From Callorhinchus milii (Eukaryota), in contig NW_024704742.1 in assembly GCF_018977255.1 (NCBI RefSeq), positions 135,348,001 through 135,412,000 of the forward strand: a stretch of 64,000 bases of DNA, read 5' to 3'. Under the pieces are notes generated by a model that made no database searches, was not told the origin of the DNA, and saw nothing but the letters and a program-made list of their open reading frames with translations. Shown here one piece after another: positions 25,971 to 38,468 of the stretch (position 1 is its first letter; each line of letters begins with the position of its first letter). The position numbers were made by a program, and so were the translations under genes.

Positions 25971-26803
25971 ACAGGAGATGTCTCAAAGCAGTTCATTGAC
26001 AACATCCCAGAAACAGCCATGGAGTGAACAACCAATTTTATTTTTTGGGGGGGAGGGGGGAGGATTGTTGAGCAGGTAAGAAAATTACCTTTTCTTTTTG
26101 AATAGTCCTGTAGTTTAACACCTTCACATCCGAAGGACGGCATCTCTGACAATGCAGTGCTGGAGGGTCAGCCCAGATTGGCTGAGTTCAAAGTCCCGAA
26201 GTGGGGGCTTCAACCCACAAAATGGCTTCACGGCTTTGAGGTGAATACAGCTTTATTCTGGAAGCCCGTTTATATTTATGTACCGATCCCAAATGAAGAC
26301 GAAATTTTTATTCAATAAACACTTAACCTAAGATAATGGCCTTAGGGCTAAGAAGGTGAGAAATCTTGGATGTGGGGGGGAGGAAGTGGGGTTAGGGGGA
26401 GGGGTGGGAAGGGCTTGGTCTGTGTGTGCTCTTTGATCCCCTGCTCAAGAAGTCAGAGCGCTGCAAGCCTTGCGGGTTACTATAGATAACGTCAATGGAA
26501 TCAGCTCTGTTTACATTGCTGCTCACTGCAGGGTATCTCCACCACTGAGAAGGTGCCACACATACACACGCTGTGAGGGTCCCTGCTGCGACTGATTGAC
26601 AGATGCCATCAAGCCGACCCCATGCTGGGGCGAAGGCGTCAGCCCTGGGACCCCCCGTCTGTGTTACATCGCGGCATAAACCCACACCCATTCCCCCCAC
26701 CCCAGCCCCTCCCGTCCCTCGAGAGGCAAACCCACCTTACCAAGTGAGTTCGCTACCCGGTTTACTGCAAAGCAGAGTGTGTGTGTGTGTGTGTGTGTGT
26801 CTG

Positions 26804-27316
26804 CAGTGGTAGCGCTCTCACCTCTGAGTCACAAGGTTGTGGGTTCAAGTCCCCACGTCAGTTCTTGGAACCAGTTAGTCTAACCTAAAACTCCAATGCA
26901 GGGCTGGGGGGTGTTGCGTTGTCGGAGGTGCCATCCTTCGGATGAGACGTTAGATCAAGGTCTCGTCTACCTGTTCGGGTGGACTTTAAAAATCCCATGA
27001 TGTTATTTGAAAAGAGAAATTCCATGGTGTTATTTGAAAAGAGAAATCCCATGGTGTTATTTGAAAAGAGAAATCCCATGGTGTTATTTGAAAAGAGAAA
27101 GGAGTTTCTCTCTCTCTCTCGATGTCCTGGCCAACAATTCTCCAAATAAAATTGGTCACTCACTCCACAGCTGTTTATGTGACACTGCTGTCTGCAACTG
27201 TCTGCCGCGTTTCACCCACGAAATACACAGTCAATCTACTTGACAGTGTATCCTTGAGACGTCTCAACAAAGTGATAAGGCGCTATATCAAATGCAAGGA
27301 TTATTATTATTATTAT
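26804..27316 (+). mobile_element. Near full-length Deu-domain SINE, family A, with an internal 27-bp x4 expansion
   Basis: Head tggtagcgctctcacctctgagtcacaaggttgtgggttcaagtccc, Deu block gtcggaggtgccatccttcggatgagacgtt, L2-like tail, (TTA)n. Confidence 0.9.
26990..27097 (+). repeat. 27-bp tandem repeat x4
   Basis: Unit aaatcccatggtgttatttgaaaagag. Confidence 0.95.
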
Positions 27317-28544
27317 GACTGTTCGAAAAGAGAAGTTTCTCCCACTATCTTCGGCCAAAATGCTCTAGATCAGCGGTGGCCAACAAAAATAATCCGAGAT
27401 ATAGAATAGCTTTGTTGATCAAGAAATATTTAATTTATTGGCCAAAGAGGTTAGCCATCACTGCTCTACGTAAAATTGATCATTCGTTTCACGGCTGATT
27501 GTGGGATATTGCTGTGCGTAAATTACTCAACAGTAATCAGTGTGTGTATCTCAATGGGGCTGTATCAAATGTAAGGATTGTTATCATTATTATCTTTATA
27601 ATTGTGTGCCAGTCTGGCACAGGTGATAATACTCTCACCTCAGAGTCAGAGATAAGCGCCATATCCAGATTTGGAAAGCATAGAGTCTCTGCTGACATTG
27701 CGTACATCGTCTTGGGGATGCACTTCTTTGTTGGAGATGCCATCTTTGAATGAGACATTCATCACATTACATATCCTGTGAAGCTCTTTGAGACTCCTCG
27801 ATGATGTGATAAGACTCTATATCAAATACAAGGCTGATTTATTATTATTAATTGTCTTAGATCTTAGAAAGAACTTCATGGTGCCCACTGGATCAGCACT
27901 GAATAGCCTCAAAGTCTAACTATTGTCAGTTTACGGATTGCTTTTAATAGAAAACCTATAGACAATTTTCACACCAGAGATTCCCGCAAACAAGATAAAG
28001 TGAGTGACCAATTATTTGGGGGATTGTTGGCCAGGATATGGGAGAGAGAAACTCTCTTCTCTTTTGAATAGTACCACGAGATCTTTAACATCCACCTGTA
28101 CAGGCAGATGGGACCTCGGTTTAAGGTCTCATCTGAAGGATGGCACCTCTGACACCGCAGCCCTCTCCCCCCATATATACTGCACTGGAGCATCAGCCTG
28201 CACTTAATAATAATAATAATCCTTGCATTTGATATAGCGCTTTTCATGTCTTCTAGATGTCTCAAAGCGTTTCACAGAATAGACTGTAAAGTGAATTGAC
28301 TGTATATTCGTGGGCGAAACGCGGCAGCCAATTGCGCACAGCAGCGTCCCACAAACACTCGTGGATTGAAGTGACCAAATTATTATTTTATTTCTATATA
28401 TATTCTTTTTTGACTTGACTGAATTTCCACGTCCTGACCCGGGGATTGAACCCACAGCCTTCGGACTCGGAGGGGGGAAAGCCCAACCCACCGAGCCAGG
28501 CTGACACATTAACGAGTTTTAAAGAAAAAGGCGAATGAATTAAA

Positions 28545-28637
28545 AAGGCTGAGTGACACAATTTGTCAGAACACTGTCACACCTTTGGGACGGTGGTTTA
28601 AACCCAGTTCAGACAGACTGAATAAAGACCTCTCTCA

Positions 28638-28683
<46 letters not shown>

Positions 28684-28950
28684 GATGGATGTTCGGTCTT
28701 AAGTGAAATGAGTTTAGACAGTCTCCATCCACTGCCCGGTGTCCTGAAAATTTGGCACTAATTGGCACTAATTCGACAATCTTTCCCCAGAGATACCATA
28801 AGGATGGAGGGCGCGGGAGACGGGAATGTCAATGCGACGCTCTTAATTGCGTGTGATGTGTGCTGTAGCTGACTTGAGAGAGCTCAGTGCTGTCACTGGT
28901 AGCCGAGGACTCCAGTCACAGCTCTGTCACCACTCAAACTGATGAGCAAA
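28545..28950 (+). mobile_element. LF-SINE-like element
   Basis: Colinear blocks ctgatggatgttc..gtgaaatgagtt..gtctc, ttggcactaattggcac, cagaga..cc..aaggat..ggagac and gaggactccagtc match the LF-SINE consensus as I recall it. Confidence 0.7.
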
Positions 28951-30189
28951 CTCCCGCCCGCCCATTCACTGTAGCCGACATTAATGTAATGGTCCCTTTC
29001 CGCTGGTAATAATCCTTCTCCCCAAAAAATTGGCCGCTGTTTGTGGGACACTGCTGGGCGCTATTGGCTGGTGCATTTCACCCACAAAAACCCACCATAA
29101 ATTCACTTTGCAGTATACGCTGTGAAGCGCTTTGAGACGTCTAATTATGTATTAAGGCGTTACATCATATACAATGATCATGATTATAATAAGATAATAA
29201 TAATGATATATAATAATAATAATTATTATAATAACCCTTGTGTTTGATATAGCTCCTTATCAAGGCTTCGAGAAGTCTCAAAGCACTTCACAGAATGTAA
29301 AGGGAATTGACTGTATATTTTGTGGGTGAAATTATAAGGAACAGTCATTGCGCAATGACTGGAGAGACGAAGCGGAGGAGAGAGGGAGATAGCCAGGGAG
29401 GGAGGAAGTGAGGGAGAGTAGGAGAGAGGGAGGGAGTGTGTGAGGAAGGAGGGGAGGGACTGAATGAGGAAGGAAATAGCAACGAAGGGAGAGGTGGAAG
29501 GAAGGAAGTGGAGGATCGAGGAGGGAAGGAAAGTGAGGGAGGGAGTGAGGAATGGAGTGAGCGAGGGAGGGGGAGAGCGAAGAAGAAAGGAAGGGACTGA
29601 GCGAGGAAAGGTGGAAATAGCAAGGAAGCGAAGAAGGAAGGGAGGGAGGGAGGGAACAGTAATCATAAACCCACTAATGTTATCAGTTGCGGCGTTAATG
29701 CTGGAATAAGGAGTAAGGGTGCAGAAAAGTGGCTGGCTGTAAAAGCGATTAGGCCCATGCTGTTCATTCTCTATGGGACATTGCTTATTCTAGCATTCTC
29801 TTTTGACAAAGGAGCAGCCTGATTTAATCAGATCTGGGGGGAAAAAAGCAGACAGCAATTAGACGGCACATCCACATCTGCTGTGTTCCACTCCATCGGG
29901 TGAAGGATTACCTGAATCCTGATGTAACATCCTTTTTTTGTTGCGGTTCATTTAAACTCGCACTTAAACAGGAATGCAAGTAATAACAACGATAATCCTC
30001 GCATTTGGTACATCGCCTCGCACTTCGGGAGGACGTCTTAAAGAGCTTCGCGGGATACACTGCAAAGTGCAGGCACTGTGTGCATTTTTGTGGGCAAAGT
30101 GGCACCGCGCCCCCCCCCCCCCAACCCCCCACCACCACACACACACAAAATTGAAGCTTCCTATTTATTTAAAGAATTATATAATAACA

Positions 30190-30520
30190 ATCGTAATAAC
30201 AATCATTTGCATTTGACATAGCGCCTTATCGCATTGTTGAGATGTCTCAAAGCGCTTCACAGAATGTATTGCAAAGTGAAGTGACTGTATTTTGTGGGCC
30301 AAACGCGGCAGGCAATTGCACACAGAGGTGTCCCACAAACTTTGGATTGAGTCCAAAAAACATTTCGGAGGGTTTATTACGCCCGAGAAGCAATCCACCA
30401 ATCAACTAACAACTTACTCCTAGGTAAACAGAGGCGTGTGGAGTAAGGAAACTTGCCTATGGTTTCACCCGCAAGGCAATCAATCCCAGGTCCTCTCGCT
30501 TTTGACGCTCGTGCTCCAAC
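30190..30520 (-). mobile_element. tRNA-derived SINE, family B
   Basis: Tail, body and degraded head. Confidence 0.8.
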
Positions 30521-30534
30521 TACAACTATTTGGG

Positions 30535-30900
30535 ACCCGATATAATGCATTGCGTCTGGTTTTGGGCATCTCACTTCAGGAAAGATGTTAAGGCCTTGGA
30601 GAGGGTGCACAGCAGGATTACAAGAATGATTCCGGTGCTGAAGGTCTACAGTTGTGAGGAGACATTAGAGAGGCTGGGGCTGTTTTGATGGAGCAGAGAA
30701 GGTTGAGGGTGGATCTGATTGAGGTGGAAAAAATCATGAGGTGTTTCGTGAGGGTAAATAGATGTTATTTCCACTGGTTGGGGAGTCTGTAGCGAGAGGA
30801 CAAACAGTGATGAAAAATGGCATGTCAACAGGAGTCAGGCAGACGCATCGCAGGTTTATTTGACAGGCTGTTGCATGATGTAGATGAACAATTGTTGGAA
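30535..30900 (+). mobile_element. Degraded CR1 RT C-terminal fragment
   Basis: CVWFWASHFRKDVKALERVHSRITRMIPVLKVYSCEETLERLGLF. Confidence 0.85.
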
Positions 30901-30923
30901 TAAGACAACCGCCAAATAGACCC

Positions 30924-31070
30924 ATAGAACCATAGAATCATAGAAACTTACAGCACCGAAGGAGGCAATTTGGCCCATCCTGCCTGTGCCGGCTCTTTGG
31001 AAGAGCAACCCAATCAGTCCTACGACCCCCTCTTTGCCCATATCCTTGCAAATATTTCCTCTTCAAGTAC
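30924..31070 (-). mobile_element. CR1 3' terminus; continues at 32744-32840 after a nested L2
   Basis: atagaaccatagaatcatagaa 8-bp terminal repeats and ggcccatc...gccggctct hairpin region. Confidence 0.75.
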
Positions 31071-32742
31071 CACCCCCCCACCCATCCCCCCTCTACTCCT
31101 TCGACCCTATCTCTCCCTCCTCCCTCACCGCGATCGTTCGCAAACACAAACCCACCACCTGCTCCCTCGATTCCATCCCCATCTCTCTCCTCATCTCCCA
31201 GCTCCACCTACTGGCCCCTCTCCTGTCCGACATCATCAACCTCTCCTTATCCACCAGTTCAGTTCCCACCCCCCTAAAAACAGTCGTCATCACCCCATCC
31301 TGAAGAAACCCATCCGTCCTCTCCAGCTAATCTCTAACCTCCCATTCTTCTCCAAGGTCCTGGAACGAGTCGTCGGGTCCCAGCTCCACTCCTTTCTTTC
31401 TCGCCATTCCTTCTTTGAACCCCTCCAATACGTCTTCCGCGCTGCACACAGCACAGAAAAAGCCCTGGGTCAAAGTCACTAATGACATTCTGATCATCTG
31501 TGATCAGGGCTCCCTCTGCCTCCTTGTCCTCCTCGACCTCTCTGCCGCCTTCGACACTGTCGATCAGTCCATCCTCAGACACCGCCTCTCCGCTTTATTT
31601 AATCTTTGCGGACTTGCCCTTGCCTGGATTGAATCCAATCACTCTCACCGTCTCCACTTTGTTGACTCTAACTGTCACGTCTGGCGTCCCCCAGGCTCTG
31701 TCCTTGGCCCTCTCCTCTTTATTATCTACACGCTCCCCCTTGGTGACATCATCCGCAGACATGGGGTCAACTTCCACATGTATGCGGATGACACCCAACT
31801 CTATCTTTCTGCCCTCACCCTCAACTCCAGGACCACTGCTGTCCTAACAGACTGTCGGACATCAAGTCCTGGATGAGGGCAAACTTCCTACAATGTGAAC
31901 AAGACTGAGGCCCTCCTGATTGGCTCGTGCCAGCGCCTCAGCACCTCAGGCTCTGGCAACATCAACCTCCATGGTTGCACACTACAACTCACCGCCAGTC
32001 AGGAACCTCGGTGTCTTGTTCAACCCTCAACTGTCTTTTCTTCCCCACATTCAAGCCATGACCCGCTCTGCCTTCCCTCACCATCGTCCGACTCCGCCAC
32101 TACCTCACCCCTCAGGCGGTTAAAACTCTTGTTCATGACTTCATCACTTCCAGGTTCGACTATGCAAACACTCTGCTTATCGGCCTTCCCAACTCCTCCC
32201 TCCACAGGCTGCAGATAATCCAGAACTCTGCAGCCCGTGTCCTCTCCCGCACCAAACTCCGTGACTCCATCTCCCCCACTCTCGCCCGACCCCACTGGCT
32301 CCCTATCCTTCAGAGGATCCAGTTCAAGATCCTGGTCCTCACCTACAAAGCTCTCCATGGCCTCGCCCCACCCTATCTCTATGACCTCCTAATCCCCTAC
32401 CAAACCGCTGGTTCCCTCTGCTTAGCCGGCTCTGGCCTGCTCCACGTCCCCCGCCTCACCCGCCCCACCATTGGCGGGAGAGCCTTCAGCCACTCTGCCC
32501 CCAACCTCTGGAATTCCATCCCCCAATCACTCTGCCTCACCACCAACCCCCCCCATCCCCCTTAGCCTCCTTTAAGTCCTGCCTCAAAACCCTCCTCTTC
32601 GACCATGCCATCGGTCACCCCACCCCTCACTTCTCCCTCCCTGACCCCAGCTCAGGTCTGAAATGCTGTACACTGTCCAGCGCCTTGGGATGTCCTCCCG
32701 ACGTGAAAGGCACTATACAAATATAATCTTGTTGTTGTTGTT
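31071..32742 (+). mobile_element. 5'-truncated, frameshifted L2 (second subfamily) nested in CR1
   Basis: [41 protein letters not shown]; 3' stem-loop and (TTG)n tail; 3' UTR differs from the 7531-7734 copy. Confidence 0.95.
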
Positions 32743-33199
32743 ATACCTATCCAATTCCCTTTTGAAAGTTGTTATTGAATCTGTCTCCTCCTCCCTTTCA
32801 GGCAATGCATTCCAGACCGTAACAACTCTCTGCGTGAAAGATCCCAAAGAGCTTTCAAGGAGTTTGTGCACAGGAACATCCCACAAACAGCCATCTCAAC
32901 TACCTCAGTGAAAACAGCTCTCAGGTGAAAGATAGTCAGCGATGTATGATTCCCTTTGATAAGTTGGTCACTGTTGCTCGCTGCGATAAAATAATGTAAA
33001 GTCAATTCAGTGACTACCTGATAAGCCAATACTATAATTATTTTAATTGAATAGAAATTGGAATTCCATTCTCACGCTCTATCTCCACCCATTGTGTTCA
33101 TCTCTGTGGAATGATTTACCCAGGGCGAGAGTTTGTGCTGTGTGAAATGTTCATTAATGCTTATCGTATATAAACGTAATGACATTTATAGTGTCTGTG

Positions 33200-33620
33200 T
33201 GTCAGTCCGGCACTCTGAGTCAGAAGGTTGTGGGTTCCAGCCCCCACATCGAGCACTTTTGAGCTCACCTTCTAAGCTGACAATCCAATGCAGTGTTGGG
33301 GTTGTGCTGCATTGTCAGAGGTGCCGTCCTTTGGATGAGACGTTAAACCAAAGTCCCCTCTGCCTGTTGAGGTAGACGTTAAAGATCCCATAACACTTTA
33401 CGAAAAAAGAAAGGAGTTTTTCCTGGAGTCCTGGAGGCCGATAATTCCCTCAATAAAATTGGCCATTCACTTCACAGCTGTTTGTGGAACATCGTTGTGT
33501 GTAAATTGCCTGCTGTGTTTTCCTTCAAGCACACAGTTACTCCACTTAACATACGTAATTCCACAGTTACTGTAAAGTGCCTTGAGATGTTTTGACATTA
33601 AAGGTGCTATGCCACAGATT
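33200..33620 (+). mobile_element. Deu-domain SINE, family A
   Basis: ctctgagtcagaaggttgtgggttc head; gtcagaggtgccgtcctttggatgagacgttaaacc Deu block. Confidence 0.85.
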
Positions 33621-34766
33621 TCTATTAGTATTTTAAAAACGTCTCAAAGCACTTCACAATTCATTTGTTTTCACGTAAAAGTAAGTCTCGAAGCACTTCA
33701 CAACATACAGCACCTTTAACGTTTATGGCGCAGTTTGGATGCTGCATTTGCCTATATAGCATTCACTTTCATTTCTACTCGATCATTTGTTGTTAAGTCG
33801 GTAGCACTCTCACCTCTGAGTCAGAGACTTTGTGGGTTCAAACCCCACATCAGGACTTTGAACTCGTGTAGTTTAGGCTATCGCTCCAGTGCAGAGCTGG
33901 GGGTTCACTGTATTGTTGGAGGTGCTATCCTTTGAATCTGCCTGTTCAGGTATCTTGGCCAATAATTCCCCGGATAAAATTGATCAGTGCCTCGGGACAT
34001 CCTTCTGACTTGACAGGGATGTCTAAAAGTAATTTGTTGTTGTTGTTGTTGTCATGCACTTTGTGGCCGTTTGCAGGATGCTGCTGATTCGCACGGTTCA
34101 AGCTCCACGCAGGACTCACACAGTCTGAGGAGACGCTCTAAAGCAGGGCTGGGGGTGAGAGGTGGGGGGCGCGGGTAGCGGGGGAGAGCGTTGCACTGTC
34201 AGAGGTGACGTCTGTTGGATGAGACATCAAACCAAGACCCCACTCTGGGCTTGTCCAGGTGGACGTTAAAGATTCCACGGCGCTGTTCAAAAAGAGAAGG
34301 AAGTTTCTCTCCAGTTTCCTTGCCCACAGGCCCTCAGATAAAACTCATCTTCTACTTCATGGCTGTATGACTTCATGCCCACAAGTTATACAGTCAATTC
34401 ACCTTCTAGTATATTCTGTGAAGTGCTTTGAGATGTCTCGAAGACGTGATGGGGCACTATATCAAAGGCAAGGATTATTATTATTATTGTTATTATGTGG
34501 GACCCTGTGGCGGACAAATTGTCCGCCACGTTCTCCTGCAAAATACACAGTCACTACACTTGACAGTAAAATCCTTGAGACGTGAAAGGCGCTGTATCAA
34601 ATGCAAGCATTCTCACTATTATTGTTATAATTATTACCGAATTAAGTTCTGCTGTAAATCGCCGATAAACATTCTTTTGACAAAGAATTGCAACATAAAG
34701 AATTTACGAACGATAAAAACCCAAAAAAACTTGCTTGGGTTTAATTAATCTTCCTCTCGCACTCTC

Positions 34767-34810
<44 letters not shown>

Positions 34811-35407
34811 CTTCTCTGTGCCCAACGCAACTTGCTGGTGATGGGCAAAAAAAAAAACAAGGGTGTTCTTGAGGGAACATGAAAGCCCCATTACTCACGA
34901 GCATATGCAGGTGCTAGGACATTTATGTGGGTCATTCATACGAAGGGAACAACACCTGTATTCATGGGCTACACTGAGCTGGTCTGTTTATTCCACGTCC
35001 TGCTCGCAGTAAAATGTCACGAGGAACCTCCTTTTTTGGGAAAAAAGGAAAGAATTTTAATTACAAATTACGAGGCCCCAGGTTATTGCTCTAACACAGG
35101 CTGGGGGGTGAGGGGGGATGTTTGGGTGGTGGGGGAGGCTGGGGTGTGGGGATTTGGTGGGGGGGTTGGCTGAAGGGAGCTGATTCAACGACGAACTGAG
35201 TTGTACAGATGCAAAGATCCCCACGTCTGTGCTGTGTTAGCTGGGTCCTGTCTGCGTGCACAGTGGCTGAGGAGATGGATGTTTGCTATGGGGTCTCTAA
35301 CTCTCGGATTCTCAGCGAGTTTCTGTGAAGCGCAGTGACTGTGTGTACATTGTCGGTGGACCCGGCAGTCAATTTGTGCGCGCAACATCCTATGGAATCT
35401 GCAGAGA

Positions 35408-35740
35408 AGTGGTTCACGAGAGGACCCGGGTTCGATTCCCGGGCAGGCAGGGCAAAACCTCAGGCAAGTTTCCTTACTCCACACGCCTCGGTTTACCCAG
35501 CAGTAAGTAGGAAGCCGGTTGTTAGTCAATTGGTGGATCGCTTTCCGGGGGTAATAATCCCTCCAAAAACAAATTGGTCACTCAACCTCAATGCTCATTG
35601 CTGTGTGCAATTGGCTGCTACCTTTTGCCCACAAAATACAGTCAATTCACTTCACAATATATTCTGTGAAGCGCTTTCAGATGTCTCAAAAAAGTGATAA
35701 GGTGCTAATCAAATGCCACGATTATAAGGATTATTATTGT
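35408..35740 (+). mobile_element. tRNA-derived SINE, family B
   Basis: ggttcgattccc B box, central block, tail. Confidence 0.85.
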
Positions 35741-36133
35741 GCAGATGTGATTGTGATTTTAGGCAGACAGGACCTCGGTTTAATGTCTCATCAGAAAGAT
35801 GGGAGCTTGAAGCATCTCAGTGCTTTCCCCCCACAGCACTGCACTCCAATGCCGAGACCGCTTGAGTTCCATTTCTCCACATGGGGTTTGAACCCACAAC
35901 CCTTCTGATTCAGAGGCGAGAGTATTCCCGACTGATCTGGGCTAACGCACGAACCATTCAAATCACAACTGCTCGCTGTGCGTGAACTGGCTGACGCGTT
36001 TGCCCACAAGTACACGGTCACTACACTTTGTTTGCAAATCGCCTGAAATCATTACGTTACCACGGTCGAGTGAATTGCCACGTGTCTGGGCAGTGACAAC
36101 ATTGACACCCACAGGCTTTCACCAGTTTTACAC

Positions 36134-36571
36134 AATAATAGTAATAATAATAATATTGATTTGCATATAGCGCCTTATCACGTCGTTGAGACATCTCAAA
36201 GCGCTTCACAGGATATTCACAGGGTATACTGGAAAGTGGAGTGACTGTGTACTTTGAGAGCTAAGATGCCCACAGCAATGTCCCACAAACAGCCATTGAA
36301 GTGAGTGACCAATTTTATTCGGGGGATGGTTGGCCAGGAGAGAGAAATTCCCTTCTCTTTTCGAATAGCGCCACGGGATCTTTAACTGGACCCTGAACAG
36401 GCAGAATGGCACCGCGATTTAACATCTCTTCTGAAAGACGTCACCTCAGACAATGCAGTACACCCCGAGCACTACATTGGACTGTCAGCTTAGACCGTGT
36501 AATTCCAAATCCTGAACCCACAACGTTTTGACTCAGGGGCGAGAGTGTTACCAACTGAGCCAGGCTGACAC
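36134..36571 (-). mobile_element. Full-length Deu-domain SINE, family A
   Basis: On minus: gtgtcagcctggctcagttggta (A box), gggttcagg (B box), Deu block, tail. Confidence 0.88.
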
Positions 36572-36659
36572 ACAAAGAAATGCTTACCATTAAGACTGAG
36601 ATATCTTGAAGACCGCTGTATAAAGGCAAGTTGTTATTGTTATAATCCTTGCATTTGGG

Positions 36660-37555
36660 TACCGCCCTCTTCAGTTCCTTATCTATATGCTCCCTCTGGA
36701 CGATGTCATCCGCAGACAAGGGGTAAACTTCCACATGTATGTGGATGACATACAAATCTACTTTGCCTCTTCCAGCACCAACTCCAGACCTGCCCATGTT
36801 CTATCAGCTTGTCTGGCAGACACCAATGCCTGGATGAGCGTAAACGTCCTGCAGCTGACTATGGGCAAGTCGGAAGCCATACTCCTTCGCTCCCGTCAAT
36901 GTCTTCACTCAACAATAACATCAACAAAATTACATTTATAGCTCTATAGCCGTCGGGAGGACGTCCCAAAGCGTTGGACTCCTGCGGGCCTAAACTCCTC
37001 AACATCCCTGGGCTCTCCCTCACACTCACCGAACCAGTGCGCAACCTAGGCTTCCAGTTCGACCCCCAGCTGTCCTTCCTCCCCCACATCCGATCCCTGA
37101 CCGCCTTCTTCCACCTCCGCCACATTGCCTTCTTCCGACAGTAGCTTACCCCAAATGCAGCCCTTACCCCTTTTGCACGCATTGTCACCTCCCGCCTGAA
37201 TTACTCCAACGCACTCCTCGCCGGTCTCCCCAGCTCTACCGTTCACAAGATCCAGCTCATTCAGAACTCTGCCGCCTGCATCCTGACCCGGACTAAACTC
37301 CGTACCCACATCTCACCAGTTCTGGCCCAGGCTCCACTGGCTCCCCATCACCAAACGAATCGACTTCAAGATCCTCACACTTGTGTTCAAATCCCTTCAC
37401 TCTCTGGCACCTCCCTACCTCTCTGACCACCTCACTCCCCAATCCACTTTCCTGTTCAACAGCCTCCCCACCCCTCCTTCCTGGCTCAGAGTCAGGCTCC
37501 GCCGCTGTTAAGCGCTCTGAGGGTGCTACGTAAGTGCAAGTTGTTGTTGTTGTTA
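36660..37555 (+). mobile_element. Old L2 RT and 3' fragment with a short antisense L2 tail inserted at about 36910-36980
   Basis: YMLPL.DVIRRQGVNFHMYVDDIQIY, LHWLP..KRIDFKIL, (TTG)n tail. Confidence 0.88.
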
Positions 37556-38154
37556 ATATAATGAAGAGATGCAAAGGATTTTGCTGGTAACTGCTGTCGA
37601 ATTACTACAGTATCTGTGAACGCTGTATTTTATAGCTAAACCTATTGATTTTTTTGTGGGAGGGGGCGTCAGACACATGTCTTCTGACTTGGAGCCGAGA
37701 GTGCTACCAACTGAGCCAGGCTGACAACACGATGGCCAATACATTCTTCGACTTCTTTGTCAGGTACTGTCCCGTCAATCCCCCCTCCCCACACACTCTC
37801 CCTCCCCCACCCCCCTAATCCACCACCATCACCAAAAATTTCTCTGAACAGCGTATTATGTTTTTATTAATCACCTGCCACAGCCTCGCCTTTGTTGTTG
37901 CCCTGCAGTCACAGCATTATTTTACAGGTGCTCAGCACGACGCAGGCTCGAATTTCAACCCCAGCTTGAGCATTTTTGTGGGGAGGTTAAACCATGTGGA
38001 ATATGCAAACGACGGCATAATCGACGTTACAAAACAGGGGGAAGTATCACTGCATTAAGTCTATGTTGGCCTTAGCTCTTTCAGGCGTCCTCCCGACATG
38101 AAAATAATAATAATAATAATTATCCTTTCTAATTGATTCAGCGACTTATCACTA

Positions 38155-38468
38155 AGTCCTGTAGCTCAGGGTTAGAGCACTCGCTTTGCAAGTGAGAGAC
38201 CTGAGTTCAATTCCAGGCAGAGGGCGAAACCTTGGGCAAGTTTCCTTACTCCACACAGAGCCTAATAATAATCCCTCCAAAACCAAAAACAATAATAAAT
38301 TGGTCATTTTCAATCTACGACTGTTTGTGGGACATTGCTGTGCGCAATTGGCTGCCGCGTTCGCCCACAAATATACAGTCAATTCACTTTACAGTGTGTT
38401 CTGTGAAGCGCTTTGGGACGTCCTCCCAACGTGAAAAGTGCTATACCAAATGCAAGGATTATTATTAA
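38155..38468 (+). mobile_element. Family B SINE, internal-deletion variant
   Basis: Head agtcctgtagctcagggttagagcac; joins ccttactccacacagagcc directly to taataataatccctcc. Confidence 0.9.

Noticed and set aside
26990..27097. CRISPR-like repeats
   Set aside because: Units are adjacent with no spacers, lie inside a SINE, and the DNA is vertebrate with no cas genes.
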